Assembly: GCA_043821645.1 (NCBI GenBank)
Contig: JBDRCO010000001.1
Coordinates: 1 to 64,000 of the forward strand
From: Pseudomonadota bacterium
Lineage (GTDB): Bacteria > Myxococcota > JACRCW01 > JAFGSX01
Length of the DNA: 64,000 bases
Direction: 5' to 3'
Positions 61,097 to 64,000 of the stretch are shown in pieces (positions within the stretch are counted from its first letter, which is position 1; each line of letters opens with the position of its first letter). Made by a program: the position numbers and the translations under genes. Under the pieces are notes generated by a model. The model was not told where the DNA came from and did not search any database. It saw nothing but the letters and a program-made list of their open reading frames with translations.

Positions 61097-61254
61097 CAGC
61101 ACCTCACACACACCTCGCGTCGGCTCTGTCATCGGCCTGTCTGGCCCGCTTGCGCGGCCCGCGGGCGCGAGAGTAGTCTTGGCCCTTTCCGCGTCGCCAC
61201 TCGGCTCGCAAAGGGCGGTCGAGTCCCACAGCACGCGGAGGGGAGAATCGGACG

Positions 61255-62583
61255 ATGCAGGCCACCACCACCACGCAGGGCCGCAAGGCACTGACCCTGC
61301 AGCAGGCCGTCGATGAGGCGCAGCGCTGCCTGCTATGCCACGACGCGCCCTGCAGCAAGGGCTGCCCCGGCGGCACGGATCCCGGCACCTTCATCCGCCA
61401 GATCCGCTTTTACAACTTCAAGGGCGCGGCGCGCACGGTGCTGGGCAACAACCCGCTGGGTGGCGCCTGCGCCTACGTCTGCCCCACCGAGGACACCTGC
61501 CGCCTGGCCTGCACCCGCGAGGCCCTGGATAGACCCATCGACATCGACGGGCTGCAGGCCTTTGCGGCGCAGTACGGCCGCGAGCACGGGGTGCGCTTTG
61601 ACCAGCGCGCGCCGGCGCACGAGCAGCGCGTGGCTGTGATCGGCGCCGGTCCGGCGGGCCTCAGCGCCGCTGCCATGCTGGCGCGCCGCGGCTACCCAGT
61701 CACGGTGTTCGAGGCCCGGGACAAGCTGGGCGGCATGCTGCGCTACGGCGTGCCCGAGGCGCGGCTCTCCGACGCCCTGCTGGATGCCGACCTCGAGGAC
61801 ATTCGCACCCTCGGCGTCGAGTTCAAGACCGGCGTCACCATCGACAGGGATGGCGGTGCCCAGAAGCTGCTGGCCGACGGCTACGCGGCGGTGTTCGTGG
61901 CGCCGGGCCTGTGGCAGGGCGTCACCCTGAACCTCCCGGGCGCCGATCTGAAGGGCGTCACCAACGCGGTGGCCTTCCTGGACCAGGCGCGCAGCGACAA
62001 GGGGACCGCGGCAGCCCTGGTCAAGGGCAAGAGCGTGTGTGTCATCGGCGGCGGCTCCGTCGCCATGGACGCCTGCTCCACGGCGCACGCCCTGGGCGCG
62101 CGCCGGGTGTACGCGGTGGCCCTCGAGGGCATGAACGAGCTCCCGGCCGCGCCCGATGAGCTGGCCCAGGCCATGCGCGAGGGCGTGCACTTCGTGACCC
62201 ACGCCCAGATCACCAGCATCCTCGGAGACAAGGACGCCGTGAAGGGCGTCGAGGGCCGCGAGATCGAGTGGATCGAACCCGGCCGCTTCGTGCCGCAGAA
62301 CGCCCGACCTGTCGAGGGAACCCACTTTGCCCTCCAGGTCGACGTGGTGGTGCAGGCCATCGGCCAGCGCCCGACCGAGAGCGCCGGTCGCATCCTCACC
62401 GCCGCCCGCGACGGCAACAAGCTCAAGGTCGACGCGACCAGCCAGGCCACCTCGGTCGACAAGATCTTCGCCGGCGGCGACATCAGCCGCGGCCCCAGCA
62501 CTGTGGTGGCGGCCGTGGGTGACGGCAAGCGCGCGGCCCTGGCCATCGCTCGCCTTCTCGGCGGCAAGGAGGTGTCGGCATGA
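61255..62583 (+). CDS. preT: NAD-dependent dihydropyrimidine dehydrogenase subunit PreT (GltD-like)
   Basis: EAQRCLLCHDAPCSKGCP, CAYVCPTE..C..AC, GAGPAG, IGGGSVAMD, FAGGD; overlaps preA. Confidence 0.92.
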   Translation: MQATTTTQGRKALTLQQAVDEAQRCLLCHDAPCSKGCPGGTDPGTFIRQIRFYNFKGAARTVLGNNPLGGACAYVCPTEDTCRLACTREALDRPIDIDGLQAFAAQYGREHGVRFDQRAPAHEQRVAVIGAGPAGLSAAAMLARRGYPVTVFEARDKLGGMLRYGVPEARLSDALLDADLEDIRTLGVEFKTGVTIDRDGGAQKLLADGYAAVFVAPGLWQGVTLNLPGADLKGVTNAVAFLDQARSDKGTAAALVKGKSVCVIGGGSVAMDACSTAHALGARRVYAVALEGMNELPAAPDELAQAMREGVHFVTHAQITSILGDKDAVKGVEGREIEWIEPGRFVPQNARPVEGTHFALQVDVVVQAIGQRPTESAGRILTAARDGNKLKVDATSQATSVDKIFAGGDISRGPSTVVAAVGDGKRAALAIARLLGGKEVSA

Positions 62584-63827
62584 GCCCCAAGACACCGAGC
62601 CTCAAGGTCGACTTCTGCGGCGCCACCGCGCCCAATCCCTTCTTGCTGTCGTCGTCACCGGTGGGCAACACCTATGACATGTGCGCCCGCTCCATGGACC
62701 TGGGCTGGGGCGGCGTGGTGTACAAGACCATTGGCCTCGACTACGAGGTGCACATCACCCACCCGTCACCGCGGCTCAATGTCCTGAACCGGGGCAGCCA
62801 GCGCGTGGTCGGCCTGCAGAATGTCGAGCAGATCTCGGACCGGCCAACCAAGGACAACTTCGAGGACCTGGCCCGGCTCAAGAAGAACTACCCGGACCGC
62901 ATGATCGTGGCCAGCGTCATGGGCCTGACCCATGCCAACGACTGGGCCGAGCTGGCCAAGCGCGCCCAGGACGCCGGCGCCGACCTCATCGAGTGCAACT
63001 TCTCGTGCCCGCAGATGACCGTCGAGGGCACCGGCCACAAGGCCGGCCAGGACACCGCCGTCGTCGAGAAGCTGACCGAGATCACCAAGAAGGCCTGCAC
63101 CATCCCGGTCATGGCCAAGATGACCCCCAACGTCGCCGACATGCTGCCCCTGGCCCTGGCCGCCAAGAACGGCGGTGCCGACGCCATCAGTGCCATCAAC
63201 ACGGTCAAGGCCATCAGCCAGGTTGACCTGGACAAGTGGGTGCCCCTGCCCAACGTGGGCGGCCGCTCGTCGTCGTCGGGCTACTCGGGTACCGCGGTCA
63301 AGCCCATAGGCCTGCGCTTCATCTCGGACATGGCCCGGGATCCGCGGCTGCAGCTGCCCCTGAGCGGCATGGGCGGCATCTACACCTGGATGGACGCCGC
63401 CGAGTACCTGGTGCTGGGCGCCACCACCCTGCAGGTGACGACGGCCATCCTGCAGCACGGCTACCGCATCGTCGAGGACATGACCGAGGGCCTGCAGGAC
63501 TACCTGGCGGACCGCGGCCTGAGCTCGGTGATGGAGCTGGTGGGCAAAGCCCTGCCGGCGGTGGTCGATCCCTCGGATTTGAGCCACGAGACCCAGGCGG
63601 TGTCGGTCATCGACCAGCAGCGCTGCATCGGCTGTGGCCAGTGCTTCCTGAGCTGCCGCGACGGCGCGGCCCAGGCCATCTCGTTCGGTGAGGACCGCAA
63701 GCCGGTGGTCAACGAGGACACCTGCTTCGGCTGCCTGATGTGCAAGCACATCTGCCCGGTCGAAAATTGCATCAGCTACAAGATCGTGCCCCACCACGAG
63801 TACACGCGACTGCACGCCCAGGGCTGA
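62580..63827 (+). CDS. preA: NAD-dependent dihydropyrimidine dehydrogenase subunit PreA
   Basis: NPFLLSSSP, GWGGVVYKT, GLQNVEQISD, ECNFSCPQM, KMTPN, AINT, GYSG.AVKPI; C-terminal 2x[4Fe-4S] (CIGCGQC, CFGCLMC). Confidence 0.95.
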   Translation: MSPKTPSLKVDFCGATAPNPFLLSSSPVGNTYDMCARSMDLGWGGVVYKTIGLDYEVHITHPSPRLNVLNRGSQRVVGLQNVEQISDRPTKDNFEDLARLKKNYPDRMIVASVMGLTHANDWAELAKRAQDAGADLIECNFSCPQMTVEGTGHKAGQDTAVVEKLTEITKKACTIPVMAKMTPNVADMLPLALAAKNGGADAISAINTVKAISQVDLDKWVPLPNVGGRSSSSGYSGTAVKPIGLRFISDMARDPRLQLPLSGMGGIYTWMDAAEYLVLGATTLQVTTAILQHGYRIVEDMTEGLQDYLADRGLSSVMELVGKALPAVVDPSDLSHETQAVSVIDQQRCIGCGQCFLSCRDGAAQAISFGEDRKPVVNEDTCFGCLMCKHICPVENCISYKIVPHHEYTRLHAQG

Positions 63828-63873
63828 GACGGTCCGCTTGACGCGCGGGGCGCCGCGTGCGAGCAGAGGTCCC

Positions 63874-64000
63874 ATGTCGGACCTCCGTCTCCTGCCCTGT
63901 GTCGTGCCGTTGCTGGGTGTGCTCGTCAGCGCGCCCGCGAGCGCCCACAGCCCGACCCAGCTCTATCAGTGGACCCGCCTGGTCGAGATAGACCTGCAGC
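63874..64000 (+). CDS. 5' end of a secreted protein cut by the window edge
   Basis: GAGG then ATG 63874: MSDLRLLPCVVPLLGVLVSAPASA-HSPTQLYQWTRLVEIDLQ, open to the end of the window. Confidence 0.55.
   Translation, partial: MSDLRLLPCVVPLLGVLVSAPASAHSPTQLYQWTRLVEIDLQ

Overview
High-GC, gene-dense window that reads like a Myxococcota/deltaproteobacterial chromosome: MYXO-CTERM-like tail, an AgmX/PglI-like kinase C-terminus, many lipoproteins with Asp/Ala-rich linkers, and three Hanks-type kinases. About 44 coding regions are supportable. No rRNA, tRNA, CRISPR array or mobile element was seen. Housekeeping or metabolic genes include uup-like ABC-F, rlmM-like methyltransferase, plsB-like acyltransferase, tam, tadA, preT-preA and dedA. 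The most striking locus is a translationally coupled three-gene minus-strand operon (41315->26978). It encodes a 3388-aa secreted repeat/Ig/FnIII protein ending in a poly-Gly-Cys tail, a lipoprotein with two Cys-less rhodanese domains, and a Cys-rich MYXO-CTERM-anchored protein; this may be a split, surface-assembled complex. Next to it, an octaheme HAO-family cytochrome is paired with an outer-membrane barrel behind an FNR-like box. Other points of interest are two probable pseudokinases, a linker-less ABC-F-like ATPase, a signal-less PG-binding M23 peptidase, and a barrel/FecR/kinase envelope cluster. All family calls come from motif recognition by eye; no searches were run.
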